DNA of 64,000 bases from Clostridiales bacterium. Lineage in GTDB: Bacteria > Bacillota > Clostridia > Christensenellales > Aristaeellaceae. Positions 1-8,336 of this stretch are shown here, in pieces. A program made the position numbers and the translations under genes. A model generated the notes under the pieces. It had not been told where the DNA came from, ran no database searches, and worked only from the letters and a program-made list of their open reading frames with translations. Numbering within the stretch: the first letter of the stretch is position 1; the number at the start of each line of letters is the position of its first letter. The stretch covers positions 77,806 through 141,805 of the forward strand of contig SVGT01000001.1 in NCBI GenBank assembly GCA_015056175.1, given 5' to 3'.

Positions 1-147
1 GCGAGGAGGCCTGAGGCCTCTTCCCGTTTCGACAGGGTAGACCTTTTCCATACTCCATCCCGCGACAGGCTGCAACACTGTACACAAAAAGTCCGTCCCC
101 AACCGGGGGACGGACTTTTGTTGCAATCCACACAATCGTTTTTGCGC

Positions 148-1170
148 TTACATCAGCCCCATGCACCAGATAACAATCAGCGCGGTGAGTGTCACCAGGG
201 TATCAATGGTAACGCCGTAGAACATGGGTTTCAGGCCTGCTTTCTTAAAGTCCGTCAGGCTGGTATTCAGGCCAATGGCTGCCAGGGCGGTGACCATCAG
301 GAATTTGCTGGCGGTTTTCATCACGCCGGACGCTGCGGCAGGAATGAAGCCGACGCTGTTTGCAATGGCCAGCAGCAGAAAGCCGCCGATGAACCAGGGG
401 ATGATCTTCACCAGATTCACTTTCGTGCCGCCGGAAGACTGCATTTCCTTTTTCTTCATGCGGACGCCGATCCATGCAAACACCAGCACGGTGGGAATGA
501 TGGCAATGGTGCGGGTCAGTTTAACCATGGTGGCAAAATCGCCTGCGGCCTCGGAAAAGGCGTAGCCGGACGCGACCACGCTGGCCGTATCGTTGACGGA
601 CGTACCCGCCCAGATGCCGTAGGCAATATCGGACATCCCAAGCAGCTTGCCCATCAGGGGGTACAGGGCGATCATCACCATATCAAACAGGAACGTGGAG
701 GACAGAGCAAATGCAATGTCCTTATCATCTGCGTCAATCACCGGCGCAATGGCGGCCACGGCGCTGCCGCCGCAGATGCCGGTACCGGCCGAGATCAGAT
801 TGCTCAGCTTCCAGTTGAGGCCAAAGAGCTTGCGGATAAAAAAGCCGCCGCCAAAGCACATGGCAAAGGTGAAGATCATCACAAAGAAGGTCATCTTGCC
901 AACCGACATAATGGTGCTGACGGACAGCGACGCACCCAGAAGCACGATGGCTGCCTTCAGGATTCTTTTGGACGTAAACTTCAGCGCGGGCTTGATCCAT
1001 GCCGGATGAAAAAAGCTGTTGATGATCGTACCCGCAAACAGGGCGATGATGGATGCACCCAGCAATCCGCCGGGAATCAGGTTTTCAAGCAGCACGGACA
1101 GGGCGGCAAGCGCAAAGCAAATGGCAACGCCCAGCACAAACAGCAGGTGATCTTTTGTCTTTGGATTCAT
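148..1170 (-). CDS. YeiH/UPF0324-family integral membrane protein (putative sulfate-exporter family)
   Basis: ORF 148..1329(-). Multi-TM, glycine-rich motif ISAGTGICGGSAVAA typical of UPF0324. Start trimmed to ATG at 1170 (MNPKTKDH...), which has a GGGAG Shine-Dalgarno 7 nt upstream; the in-frame upstream extension is non-membrane and low quality. Confidence 0.8.
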   Translation of the reverse strand: MNPKTKDHLLFVLGVAICFALAALSVLLENLIPGGLLGASIIALFAGTIINSFFHPAWIKPALKFTSKRILKAAIVLLGASLSVSTIMSVGKMTFFVMIFTFAMCFGGGFFIRKLFGLNWKLSNLISAGTGICGGSAVAAIAPVIDADDKDIAFALSSTFLFDMVMIALYPLMGKLLGMSDIAYGIWAGTSVNDTASVVASGYAFSEAAGDFATMVKLTRTIAIIPTVLVFAWIGVRMKKKEMQSSGGTKVNLVKIIPWFIGGFLLLAIANSVGFIPAAASGVMKTASKFLMVTALAAIGLNTSLTDFKKAGLKPMFYGVTIDTLVTLTALIVIWCMGLM

Positions 1171-1349
1171 ATCGATACTCCCTTGCAATTTTCTTTCTTC
1201 ACCGCAGCAGGATGCGCGCTTGTACAATCCATGCATTTCGCCGGGAAAAAACACCTTGTTCCGCAGCTCCGGTCTTGGCATCCCGGTGCGCATCCTTACC
1301 CGAACTGTGCCGCTGCCTTTCCCATTCACAACCGCACTTGTCCGCCATC

Positions 1350-1378
1350 GTCATACCATAAAACGAGAGTCCTGTCAA
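1350..1378 (-). promoter_or_regulatory. Candidate sigma-A promoter for the YeiH-family gene (TTGACA-17-TATGAC)
   Basis: On the minus strand: TTGACA (1378..1373), 17-nt spacer, TATGAC (1355..1350) preceded by TGg. It would give a ~170-nt leader. Confidence 0.4.
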
Positions 1379-1492
1379 CTTTGCAGGCAGGCGCACGCCC
1401 CTTGCATTTGATCCTTTTTTCGCCCTGTCTGCCTTTATTTTCCTGACATTTGTATGTTATTCGCCATTTCCCGAATTTTTTTCAAAATCCTA

Positions 1493-1521
1493 TTGACACG
1501 CTCTCACAAGCATGCTATTAT
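1493..1521 (+). promoter_or_regulatory. Sigma-A promoter of the amino-acid ABC operon (TTGACA-17-TATTAT)
   Basis: TTGACA at 1493..1498, exact 17-nt spacer, TATTAT at 1516..1521, about 60 nt upstream of the SBP start. Confidence 0.65.
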
Positions 1522-1583
1522 GCTATCAGTTTAGCACGCTAAATCATTAAAACAAACAAGACGCATGAAAAGGAGAACGTATC

Positions 1584-2393
1584 ATGAAGACCATCGCCCG
1601 TATTTTTTCCCTGATCCTGTCCCTCATGTTTCTGCTGTCCGTGCCCGCCTTTGCGCAGGAGGATACCTCCCTTCAGTACATTTTGGACAAAGGCACCTTC
1701 ATCGTCGGTCTGGATCCCGCCTTCCCGCCCATGGGCTTTGACGAGGACGGCGTCATCAAGGGCTACGATATCGACCTGGCAAGAGAAGTATGCGCCCGCC
1801 TGGGCGTGGAGCTGGTATGTCAGCCCATCGACTGGCTCAGCAAGGAAATGGAACTGGACTATAAGAACATCGACTGCATCTGGAACGGCCTGAGCATCAA
1901 CCCCGAGCGTCAGGAAAGCATGAATCTGTCCATCCCCTACCTGGCCAACAATCAGGTCTTTGTGGTTTTGAACGAAAGCCCCATCAACACCTTTGCGGAT
2001 CTGTCGGGCAAGACCGTGGGTCTGCAGGGCGCCTCCAGCGCAGAGGACGCGCTGAACGAAGCTGCCGACCTGCTCGCAACCCTTGCCGAAGTAGTGCCCG
2101 TGGATGACTACGCCATCGCCCTGATGGATCTGAACATCGGCGGTGTGGACGCCGTGCTGATGGATCAGGTGGTAGCGGAATATTACATCACCGCCAAGCA
2201 GGCCGATTACCGCATCCTGGAAGAATCCCTGGTGCCGGAAGAATACGCCATCGGCTTCCGCAAGGCGGATGAAGCGCTGTGCAGCAAGGTGGAGGAGATC
2301 CTGATGGAAATGGTGCAGGACGGCAAAATGGAGGAGATCACCACCGCCTGGTTTGGCAGCAACATTTCCATGCTGAACGCGCCTGCCCAGTAA
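1584..2393 (+). CDS. Amino-acid ABC transporter substrate-binding protein (family 3 SBP)
   Basis: 269 aa with a signal peptide (MKTIARIFSLILSLMFLLSVPAFA). Has the GLDPAFPPMGF and GYDIDLAREV motifs characteristic of polar amino-acid binding proteins. AGGAG SD upstream. Confidence 0.9.
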   Translation: MKTIARIFSLILSLMFLLSVPAFAQEDTSLQYILDKGTFIVGLDPAFPPMGFDEDGVIKGYDIDLAREVCARLGVELVCQPIDWLSKEMELDYKNIDCIWNGLSINPERQESMNLSIPYLANNQVFVVLNESPINTFADLSGKTVGLQGASSAEDALNEAADLLATLAEVVPVDDYAIALMDLNIGGVDAVLMDQVVAEYYITAKQADYRILEESLVPEEYAIGFRKADEALCSKVEEILMEMVQDGKMEEITTAWFGSNISMLNAPAQ

Positions 2394-2463
2394 TCTCCCC
2401 AACCCCATCTCCCTCCGGAGCGCCTGAGCGCTCCGGTTTTTACCGCCTGAGGAAAGCGAGCGA

Positions 2464-3129
2464 ATGACGATGACCTATCTTGCCGATGCAGATAAGCTTT
2501 TGCGCCTGCTGGAACAATTGTGGAAGGGCCTTGGCAATACGCTGTACCTGTTTGCCGCCACGCTGATCCTTTCCCTGCCGCTGGGATTGCTGGTGGCGCT
2601 TCTGCGCCGCAGCAGGCTGCCTTTCCTCCGTCTGCCCATCAGCTTTTACATCCTCATTATGCGCGGCACGCCCCTCATTTTGCAGATCTTCGCCGTCTAT
2701 TTCACCATCCCCCTGATCCTGGGCCGTCCCTTTGACCGCATGGCTGCCACCCTCATCGCCTTTGTGCTCAATTATGCCGCCTATTTTGCCGAGATCTTCC
2801 GCGGGGGCATCGATTCCATTGCCAAGGGGCAGTGGGAGGCCGCCAAGGCGCTGGGCATGAACCGGGCGCAGGTGTTTACCAAAGTGATCCTCATGCAGGT
2901 GTTGCGCCGGGTGGTGCTGCCCGTCAGCAACGAGGTGATCACCCTGGTCAAGGATACGGCGCTGGTCACGGCGGTGGGCATTGTGGATCTGTACCGGGCG
3001 GCCAAAAACGCCACGTCCACCTCCGGTTCCCTGGAGCCGCTGTTTATCGCAGGGCTTGTGTACCTTCTGCTCAACGCCATGGTCACCGGCGTATTCTCCC
3101 GCCTGCACAAACGCAGCGCCCTGCCCTGA
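2464..3129 (+). CDS. Amino-acid ABC transporter permease (His/Glu/Gln/Arg/opine family)
   Basis: 221 aa, multi-TM. EAA-loop region EAAKALGMNRAQVFTKVILMQVLRRVVLPVSNE is typical of the polar amino-acid permease family. Confidence 0.9.
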   Translation: MTMTYLADADKLLRLLEQLWKGLGNTLYLFAATLILSLPLGLLVALLRRSRLPFLRLPISFYILIMRGTPLILQIFAVYFTIPLILGRPFDRMAATLIAFVLNYAAYFAEIFRGGIDSIAKGQWEAAKALGMNRAQVFTKVILMQVLRRVVLPVSNEVITLVKDTALVTAVGIVDLYRAAKNATSTSGSLEPLFIAGLVYLLLNAMVTGVFSRLHKRSALP

Positions 3130-3170
3130 GCCATTCTCCATTTATTTACCGAAACTTTTCACTTATTCCG

Positions 3171-3201
3171 GCCCTGAGACATTGCGTCCCGGGGCTTTTT
3201 T
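3171..3201 (+). terminator. Rho-independent terminator after the ABC permease
   Basis: 10-bp stem GCCCTGAGAC/GTCCCGGGGC (one mismatch, one G-U) with loop attgc, followed by TTTTTT. Confidence 0.7.
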
Positions 3202-3210
3202 CGGTATAAT
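3182..3210 (+). promoter_or_regulatory. Candidate promoter of the distal division operon (TTGCGT-17-TATAAT), overlapping the preceding terminator
   Basis: TTGCGT at 3182..3187, 17-nt spacer, perfect TATAAT at 3205..3210. Confidence 0.5.
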
Positions 3211-3345
3211 AGGATGAGGTATGTATACGTATCGAAACATGCCGAACACTTGTGATGTAAATTCCCGCCAACAGGGCAGGATTTCCCATTGAGCAGACAG
3301 AATGATGCCAGATGCGGCCCGTGACCGCATACCAAAGGAGATTGT

Positions 3346-4806
3346 ATGCAGCAAGACCCCCGCAATTTTGCCTCCGGGCAGAGCGGCTTTGGCCAGACCC
3401 AGTGGACGGTTGTCGGCGCGCCTCAGCAAAACAGCGCGCCCAACGCGCCCCAGCCGCCCTATCCCCCGCAGGAACCCTATCAGCAGCAGGTCAATTACGG
3501 CCAGGTGCCGCCGCCCTATACGCCGCCCGCGCCCCCTCCTGCCTACGCGCCGCCCGCGCCGCCGCAGGGCCCCCGTGCCGTGCCGCCCACCGGCATGCCC
3601 CGGGCAAGAAAGCCCAGAAAGCCTGTGTGGGTCATCTTCCTGGTCGTTTTCCTGGTGGTGCTGGTGTGCGCCGGCATTGCCGTAGCCACCGTGCTTGGCC
3701 GCGGCGGTCAGGCCTACGGCTATGTGCAATTGAGTACCCTGAACGCCAGCTACAAGGGCGACGCCGTCATCGTGCGCAACGAAACCCTCTACACCCAGGA
3801 GGGCGCATCCCTCATCGAGCAGAATGTGGAGGAAGGCGCCGAGGTGGAGCGGTCGGAAACGGTGTGCGTGGTCTATACCGCAGGCTTCAATACCCGCGAG
3901 CTTACCACGCTTGAAAACTACCGCAGCCAGATCAAGGACTACCATAAAACGCTGCTGGCCTCCTCCACCACCAAGGACATGCGCCTGGACCGTCTGGAGG
4001 GCGATGTGCTCACCCAGGCCGTAGCCGCCCAGTCCCTGGTGCAGGGCGTCACCCGCGGCTCCCTGGTGGAACAGGAAAAAACGCTGAAAACCGCCATGCA
4101 GGCCCGTCAGGTATACCTCAAGCAAAAGTATCCCGACGATCAGAAGCTGAGCCGCCTGTACGACGATGAAAACACTCAGGAGCAGAAGATCTCCTCCTGG
4201 ACCAAGCAGTACGCAGCCGCCTCCAACGGCATCGTCAGCTTCTATACCGACGGCTACGAAAACGTGCTCAACCTCTACAATTACGCCGATTATTCCCCCG
4301 TGCAGATCCGCGCCATGTTCAACGGCCAGACGCCGGAGGATGAAACCCGCACCAAGAACACGGTACCCGTCTACCGCCTGGTGCGTCAGGGCCAGTTCGT
4401 GGTGCTCATGCTCTGCAGCGATCCGGACTGGACGCCCGTGGAAGGCCGCAGCTACAAGCTGCGCATCGAAAACTTTGATACCACCATCGTCAACGCCACG
4501 GTGGAATCCTTCACCCGCTCGGGCGGCGAACTTCTTGTGCGCCTGGTGGTGTCCGGCGATATCAACCTGGGCAACATCATGTACACCCGCACCTGCTCGG
4601 TACAGCTGGGCGAATCGGTGGATACGCTCACCGTACCCGCCCGCGCCATCCACAGCCAGAACGGCAAAACCGGCGTGGTCATGGCCACGGAAAGCGGCTC
4701 CTACTGGACGCCCGTGTCCGTCATCACCACCGAGGGCGATTATGCCCACATCATCCCCGAAAACGCCGGCGTGCTCTATGAGGGCATTCCCGTGCTGCTG
4801 TTTTAA
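3346..4806 (+). CDS. Membrane-anchored HlyD/membrane-fusion-like protein with a Pro/Tyr/Gln-rich cytoplasmic tail
   Basis: 486 aa. The N-terminal ~95 aa are low complexity (PPYPPQEPYQQQ..PPAPPPAYAPPAPP), then a basic stretch and one TM (VWVIFLVVFLVVLVCAGIAVATVL). The extracytoplasmic part has coiled-coil and beta-barrel-like segments, and its C-terminus resembles HlyD-family adaptors. AAAGGAG SD. Confidence 0.55.
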   Translation: MQQDPRNFASGQSGFGQTQWTVVGAPQQNSAPNAPQPPYPPQEPYQQQVNYGQVPPPYTPPAPPPAYAPPAPPQGPRAVPPTGMPRARKPRKPVWVIFLVVFLVVLVCAGIAVATVLGRGGQAYGYVQLSTLNASYKGDAVIVRNETLYTQEGASLIEQNVEEGAEVERSETVCVVYTAGFNTRELTTLENYRSQIKDYHKTLLASSTTKDMRLDRLEGDVLTQAVAAQSLVQGVTRGSLVEQEKTLKTAMQARQVYLKQKYPDDQKLSRLYDDENTQEQKISSWTKQYAAASNGIVSFYTDGYENVLNLYNYADYSPVQIRAMFNGQTPEDETRTKNTVPVYRLVRQGQFVVLMLCSDPDWTPVEGRSYKLRIENFDTTIVNATVESFTRSGGELLVRLVVSGDINLGNIMYTRTCSVQLGESVDTLTVPARAIHSQNGKTGVVMATESGSYWTPVSVITTEGDYAHIIPENAGVLYEGIPVLLF

Positions 4807-4818
4807 GGAGTGACCGAA

Positions 4819-5496
4819 ATGGATGAAATGCTCCTGAAACAAAACGTGGACCGCATCCGGGGCGTTCTGGAAAAAGAAAGCGCGCCCTTTGGCAAAGCCC
4901 CCCGGCTCATCGCCGTGACCAAGTACCTGAGCGCAGAGGATACGTTGCTCATGCACACTGCCGGCATTACCGATATCGGCGAAAACCGGGTGCAGGTGCT
5001 CCGGGATAAGCTGCCTTTGATCGGCGGAAAATTTTCCCTGCATCTGATCGGAAGGTTGCAAAGCAACAAAGTTAAATATATAATAAAGGATGTATCTATG
5101 ATCCATTCGGTGGATCATCTGTCCCTGCTGGAGGAAATCGACCGGCAGGCACAGCTCCACGAAACGCGGATGGACATCCTTTTGCAGGTCAATATTGCAG
5201 GCGAAGCGCAGAAAGGCGGCGTGGCGCCCGACGAGGTGCTGCCGCTGCTGAAAACCGCTTCCCGCCTTCCCGGCGTGCACGTACGCGGGCTCATGACCAT
5301 GATGCCCCTGGGCGCGCCTGAGGACTTTATTGTGGAAAAATTCACCGCCATGCGCACCATGCTGGACCGTCTTCGCGACGAAGCCGTGGCGCATACGGAT
5401 ATGACCGAGCTTTCCATGGGCATGAGCCAGGATTATCATCTGGCCGCCCGCTGCGGCGCCACCATGGTGCGCGTCGGCTCGGCGCTGACCAAATAA
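4819..5496 (+). CDS. ylmE: YggS/YlmE-family pyridoxal-phosphate homeostasis protein
   Basis: Motifs LIAVTKY, IGENRVQ and HLIGRLQSNKVKY are diagnostic of YggS. Start moved from GTG 4810 to ATG 4819, which sits 8 nt after AAGGAG. Confidence 0.9.
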   Translation: MDEMLLKQNVDRIRGVLEKESAPFGKAPRLIAVTKYLSAEDTLLMHTAGITDIGENRVQVLRDKLPLIGGKFSLHLIGRLQSNKVKYIIKDVSMIHSVDHLSLLEEIDRQAQLHETRMDILLQVNIAGEAQKGGVAPDEVLPLLKTASRLPGVHVRGLMTMMPLGAPEDFIVEKFTAMRTMLDRLRDEAVAHTDMTELSMGMSQDYHLAARCGATMVRVGSALTK

Positions 5497-5522
5497 TTGC
5501 AAAAATCCAAGGAGGTGCTGAC

Positions 5523-6539
5523 ATGGCATCACTGAAAGAGTTGATCAACACCCTGAAAAATAAGGCGGAAACCATCTTCTACGATCCCAGCGACGTAAAC
5601 GACGGTTACGGCTATCCCCAGCAGGATATGCAAAACGATCCCTACCAGCAGCCCTATCAGGCGCAGGACGTTTATCAGCAGCAGCCCCAGCAGGAGTTCC
5701 GTCAGGAGTCCTGGCAGCAGCCCCAGCAGGAATTCCGGCAGGCGCCCTTCCAGCAGCCTCAGCAGAATTTCCAGCAGGCCGCTTACCAGCAGCCTCAGCA
5801 GAATTTCCAACAGGCCGCTTACCAGCAGCCCCAGCAGAATTTCCAGCAGACAGCCTACCAGCAGCCCCAGCAGGAATATCAGCAGGCCGCCTATCAGCAG
5901 CCTCAGCAGAATTTCCAGCAGACAGCTTTCCAGCAGCCCCAGCAGGCCCCCGTGCAGGAGGATCCCAAGGTGGTTCCCTTCCCCAACGCCCAGCAGCCTC
6001 AGCAGGAAAATGCACCCACGGCCTGCGTGATCAACGCCCGCAACGTAAGCGAGTGCTACAGCGCCATCGTGCAGCTGCGCAGCGGCAACATGGTGGTTGT
6101 GGTGCTGGAAAATATCACCGATAATATGGAAATGCGCCACTATGTGGATATGCTTTCCGGCGCCTGCTATGCGCTGAAGGCCACCATCACCAAGCTGAGC
6201 CGTCACGGCGCTTACCTCATCGCGCCCAACCATGTGCGCGTGTGCGTGGATGCCGCCACCAACCAGTTCAACAGCCCTGCCAGCCGCATGCAGCGGCCGC
6301 AGATGCCCTTCCAGCAGCAGATGCCGCAGCAAGCCCAGCAGCCTCAGCAGCCCCTGCAGCAAAACCCCTACATGCAGCGTCCGGACAGCGTCTATCAGCG
6401 TCCCGCACGCACGAACGATGCGGAGCAGATGCCCATGTATTCCCGCCCCGTGTCCCCCGATCCCCGCATGGCCCCCCAGCAAAACCGCATGGCCTTTAAC
6501 GGCCACGTGCCGGATATGCCCCTGGAAAACGCGCAGTAA
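5523..6539 (+). CDS. sepF: Cell-division protein SepF, expanded with Gln-rich repeat linker and tail
   Basis: 338 aa. The conserved SepF/DUF552 core (VINARNVSECYSAIVQLRSGNMVVVVLENI...MLSGACYALKATITKLSRHGAYLIAPNHV) is flanked by Q/P-rich low complexity. Position between ylmE and yggT matches the canonical cluster. Confidence 0.9.
   Translation: MASLKELINTLKNKAETIFYDPSDVNDGYGYPQQDMQNDPYQQPYQAQDVYQQQPQQEFRQESWQQPQQEFRQAPFQQPQQNFQQAAYQQPQQNFQQAAYQQPQQNFQQTAYQQPQQEYQQAAYQQPQQNFQQTAFQQPQQAPVQEDPKVVPFPNAQQPQQENAPTACVINARNVSECYSAIVQLRSGNMVVVVLENITDNMEMRHYVDMLSGACYALKATITKLSRHGAYLIAPNHVRVCVDAATNQFNSPASRMQRPQMPFQQQMPQQAQQPQQPLQQNPYMQRPDSVYQRPARTNDAEQMPMYSRPVSPDPRMAPQQNRMAFNGHVPDMPLENAQ
5679..5945 (+). 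repeat. Seven in-frame 36-nt tandem repeats (plus a partial eighth) inside sepF
   Basis: Units start at 5679, 5715, 5751, 5787, 5823, 5859 and 5895. Consensus is cagcagcc(t/c)cagcagaatttccagcaggccgcttac, encoding QQPQQ(N/E)F(Q/R)Q(A/T)A(Y/F). Confidence 0.95.
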
Positions 6540-6571
6540 CCTGCTGTTTCATACGAAAGGAGTCAACCCTC

Positions 6572-6832
6572 ATGTTTATCTTCGGTATTCTGGAATTCCT
6601 GCTTTCCCTGTACACCCTGGTTCTGCTGATCAACTTCCTGCTTCCCCTGTGCTTTGACACCCAGAAGCCCTGGATGGCCACCATCGCCAAGATCAGCGAG
6701 CCTGCCGTGCAGATTGGCCGCACCGTGGCTGCCAAGGTGCTCCCCGCCCGCGAATACAAGGTGGATATGGGCGCGCTGATGGGCTGCGCCGTGTGCTTCC
6801 TTATTTCTCTGGTTCTGGGCTGGCTGTTCTAA
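6572..6832 (+). CDS. yggT: YggT/YlmG-family membrane protein
   Basis: 86 aa with two TM segments, in the canonical position after sepF. AAAGGAG SD. Confidence 0.85.
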   Translation: MFIFGILEFLLSLYTLVLLINFLLPLCFDTQKPWMATIAKISEPAVQIGRTVAAKVLPAREYKVDMGALMGCAVCFLISLVLGWLF

Positions 6833-6861
6833 GCCTTCCTGTGCAGAAAGGAGTTTTCACC

Positions 6862-7392
6862 ATGGCCATCACCGTTCAAGCCATCGAAAGCAAAGAATTC
6901 AAAATCAAGCGTCTCAACGGCTATGACCCTGAGGACGTGGATCTTTTCCTGGATGAGATCTGCGATCATATCATTGCCATGCAGGAGGAAATGGACCGCC
7001 TGCGCACGCAGCTGAGCGTGCAGCAGATGGCCGCGCCCGTGGTGCCCGCTCCCTACTACGCCCAGCAGGAAAGCGTGCCCGTGCCTCCTCCCTTTGTGGA
7101 AGAAAAGAAACCCGAAACCGATCCTTCCGACGCTGCGCAGAAGCTGCTCATCCGCGCCCAGAAGGTGTACGATGAAACGGTGGCCGACGCCAAGCGTGAA
7201 GCCGAAAGGATCCTCAGCGGCGCCCGCAGCAGCAGCGATCTTGCTGATATGACGGCTGAAAAGGCCGCCCTGCAGGAGGAGATTGACATGCTCCGTGCCG
7301 CCGCGCGCGACTACCGTAGCCGTTTCCTGCGTCTGGTGGAGGATCAGCGCCATGTGCTGAGCTCCGAAAAAGCGCTCTTTGACGAAGAATAA
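6862..7392 (+). CDS. divIVA: DivIVA-domain cell-division protein
   Basis: The N-terminus MAITVQAIESKEFKIKRLNGYDPEDVDLFLDEI is the conserved DivIVA lipid-binding domain, followed by a coiled coil. Start trimmed to ATG 6862 (AAAGGAG upstream). Confidence 0.9.
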   Translation: MAITVQAIESKEFKIKRLNGYDPEDVDLFLDEICDHIIAMQEEMDRLRTQLSVQQMAAPVVPAPYYAQQESVPVPPPFVEEKKPETDPSDAAQKLLIRAQKVYDETVADAKREAERILSGARSSSDLADMTAEKAALQEEIDMLRAAARDYRSRFLRLVEDQRHVLSSEKALFDEE

Positions 7393-7413
7393 TTCCGAAA
7401 GAAGGATTGTTCC

Positions 7414-8277
7414 ATGCTATACGGCGCCATTGAAGCCGGCGGCACCAAAATGGTGCTGGCCATCGGCGATGAAAACTGCAACATCGTAGAGCAGATCAGC
7501 CTGCCCACGCTTACCCCCGATGTGACCATGCCGCTGATGATCGATTTCTTCCAGGGCAAGGGCATCCAGGCGCTGGGCGTAGGTTCCTTTGGTCCTCTGG
7601 ATCTGAACCCCGATTCTGCCACCTACGGCTACATCACCTCTACCCCCAAGCTGCCCTGGCGCAACTATCCGCTGATTCCCGAACTGGAAAAGGCGCTGGG
7701 CGTCAAGTGCGTGCTGGATACGGACGTGAACGCCGCTGCCCTGTGCGAAGCCAAAATGGGCGCCGCCAAGGGCTTGAAGAATTGTGTGTATCTGACCATC
7801 GGCACCGGCATCGGCGCCGGCGTGTATTGCGAAGGGCATCTGGTGCACGGCGGTCTCCATCCCGAATGGGGCCATATGCCGCTGCAGCGCCATCCCTCCG
7901 ATCCCATGGAAAAGGGCTTCTGCCCCTACCATGACGCCTGCCTGGAAGGCCTGGCCGCCGGCCCCGCCATTGAAAAACGCTGGGGCGTGTCCGCCAAGGA
8001 GCTGGCGCCCGATCATCCCGCCTGGGAACTGGAAGCCCATTACCTGGCTCAGGTCTGCGCCATCGCGCTGACCACGCTGGCCACGGAAAAGATCATTCTG
8101 GGCGGCGGCGTGATGAGCCAGACGCACCTGTTCCCCATGGTGCGCAAGAAAACGGCGGAGCTGCTCAACGGCTATCTCCAGTCCCCCAACGCTCTGAACC
8201 TGGACGATACCATCGTGCCTCCCCAGTGCTTCCCCGTCAGCGGCCTCATCGGCTCCCTGCTTCTGGCTATGGAATAA
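7414..8277 (+). CDS. ROK-family fructokinase/sugar kinase
   Basis: 287 aa. N-terminal ATP motif GAIEAGGTKMV, DTDVNAAALCE, and the ROK zinc motif GHMPL..CPYHDACLEG. Confidence 0.85.
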   Translation: MLYGAIEAGGTKMVLAIGDENCNIVEQISLPTLTPDVTMPLMIDFFQGKGIQALGVGSFGPLDLNPDSATYGYITSTPKLPWRNYPLIPELEKALGVKCVLDTDVNAAALCEAKMGAAKGLKNCVYLTIGTGIGAGVYCEGHLVHGGLHPEWGHMPLQRHPSDPMEKGFCPYHDACLEGLAAGPAIEKRWGVSAKELAPDHPAWELEAHYLAQVCAIALTTLATEKIILGGGVMSQTHLFPMVRKKTAELLNGYLQSPNALNLDDTIVPPQCFPVSGLIGSLLLAME

Positions 8278-8299
8278 ACTCTTTAACGTATCTTATTAA

Positions 8300-8336
8300 A
8301 CAGGCTTGGCACTTTGTATGCCAAGCCTGTTTTATT
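8300..8336. terminator. Bidirectional hairpin terminator at the left edge of the AT-rich island
   Basis: Perfect 12-bp stem ACAGGCTTGGCA/TGCCAAGCCTGT (8300..8311 and 8319..8330) with a 7-nt loop, TTTTATT downstream and TTAAA upstream. Confidence 0.8.

Noticed and set aside
3163-5532. 789-aa ORF on the minus strand spanning the HlyD-like gene, ylmE and the start of sepF.
   Set aside because: It is antisense to three well-supported genes, has Gly/Ala/His/Arg-rich low-complexity translation, no SD and no recognisable motif. This is a typical stop-codon-poor shadow frame in GC-rich DNA.
5545-6506. Two minus-strand ORFs (156 and 325 aa) over the sepF repeat region. Also considered: whether the 36-nt tandem array could be a CRISPR-like or minisatellite element.
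   Set aside because: The repeats are directly tandem with no spacers, are in frame with sepF and encode a coherent dodecapeptide. The antisense ORFs simply inherit the repeat periodicity.
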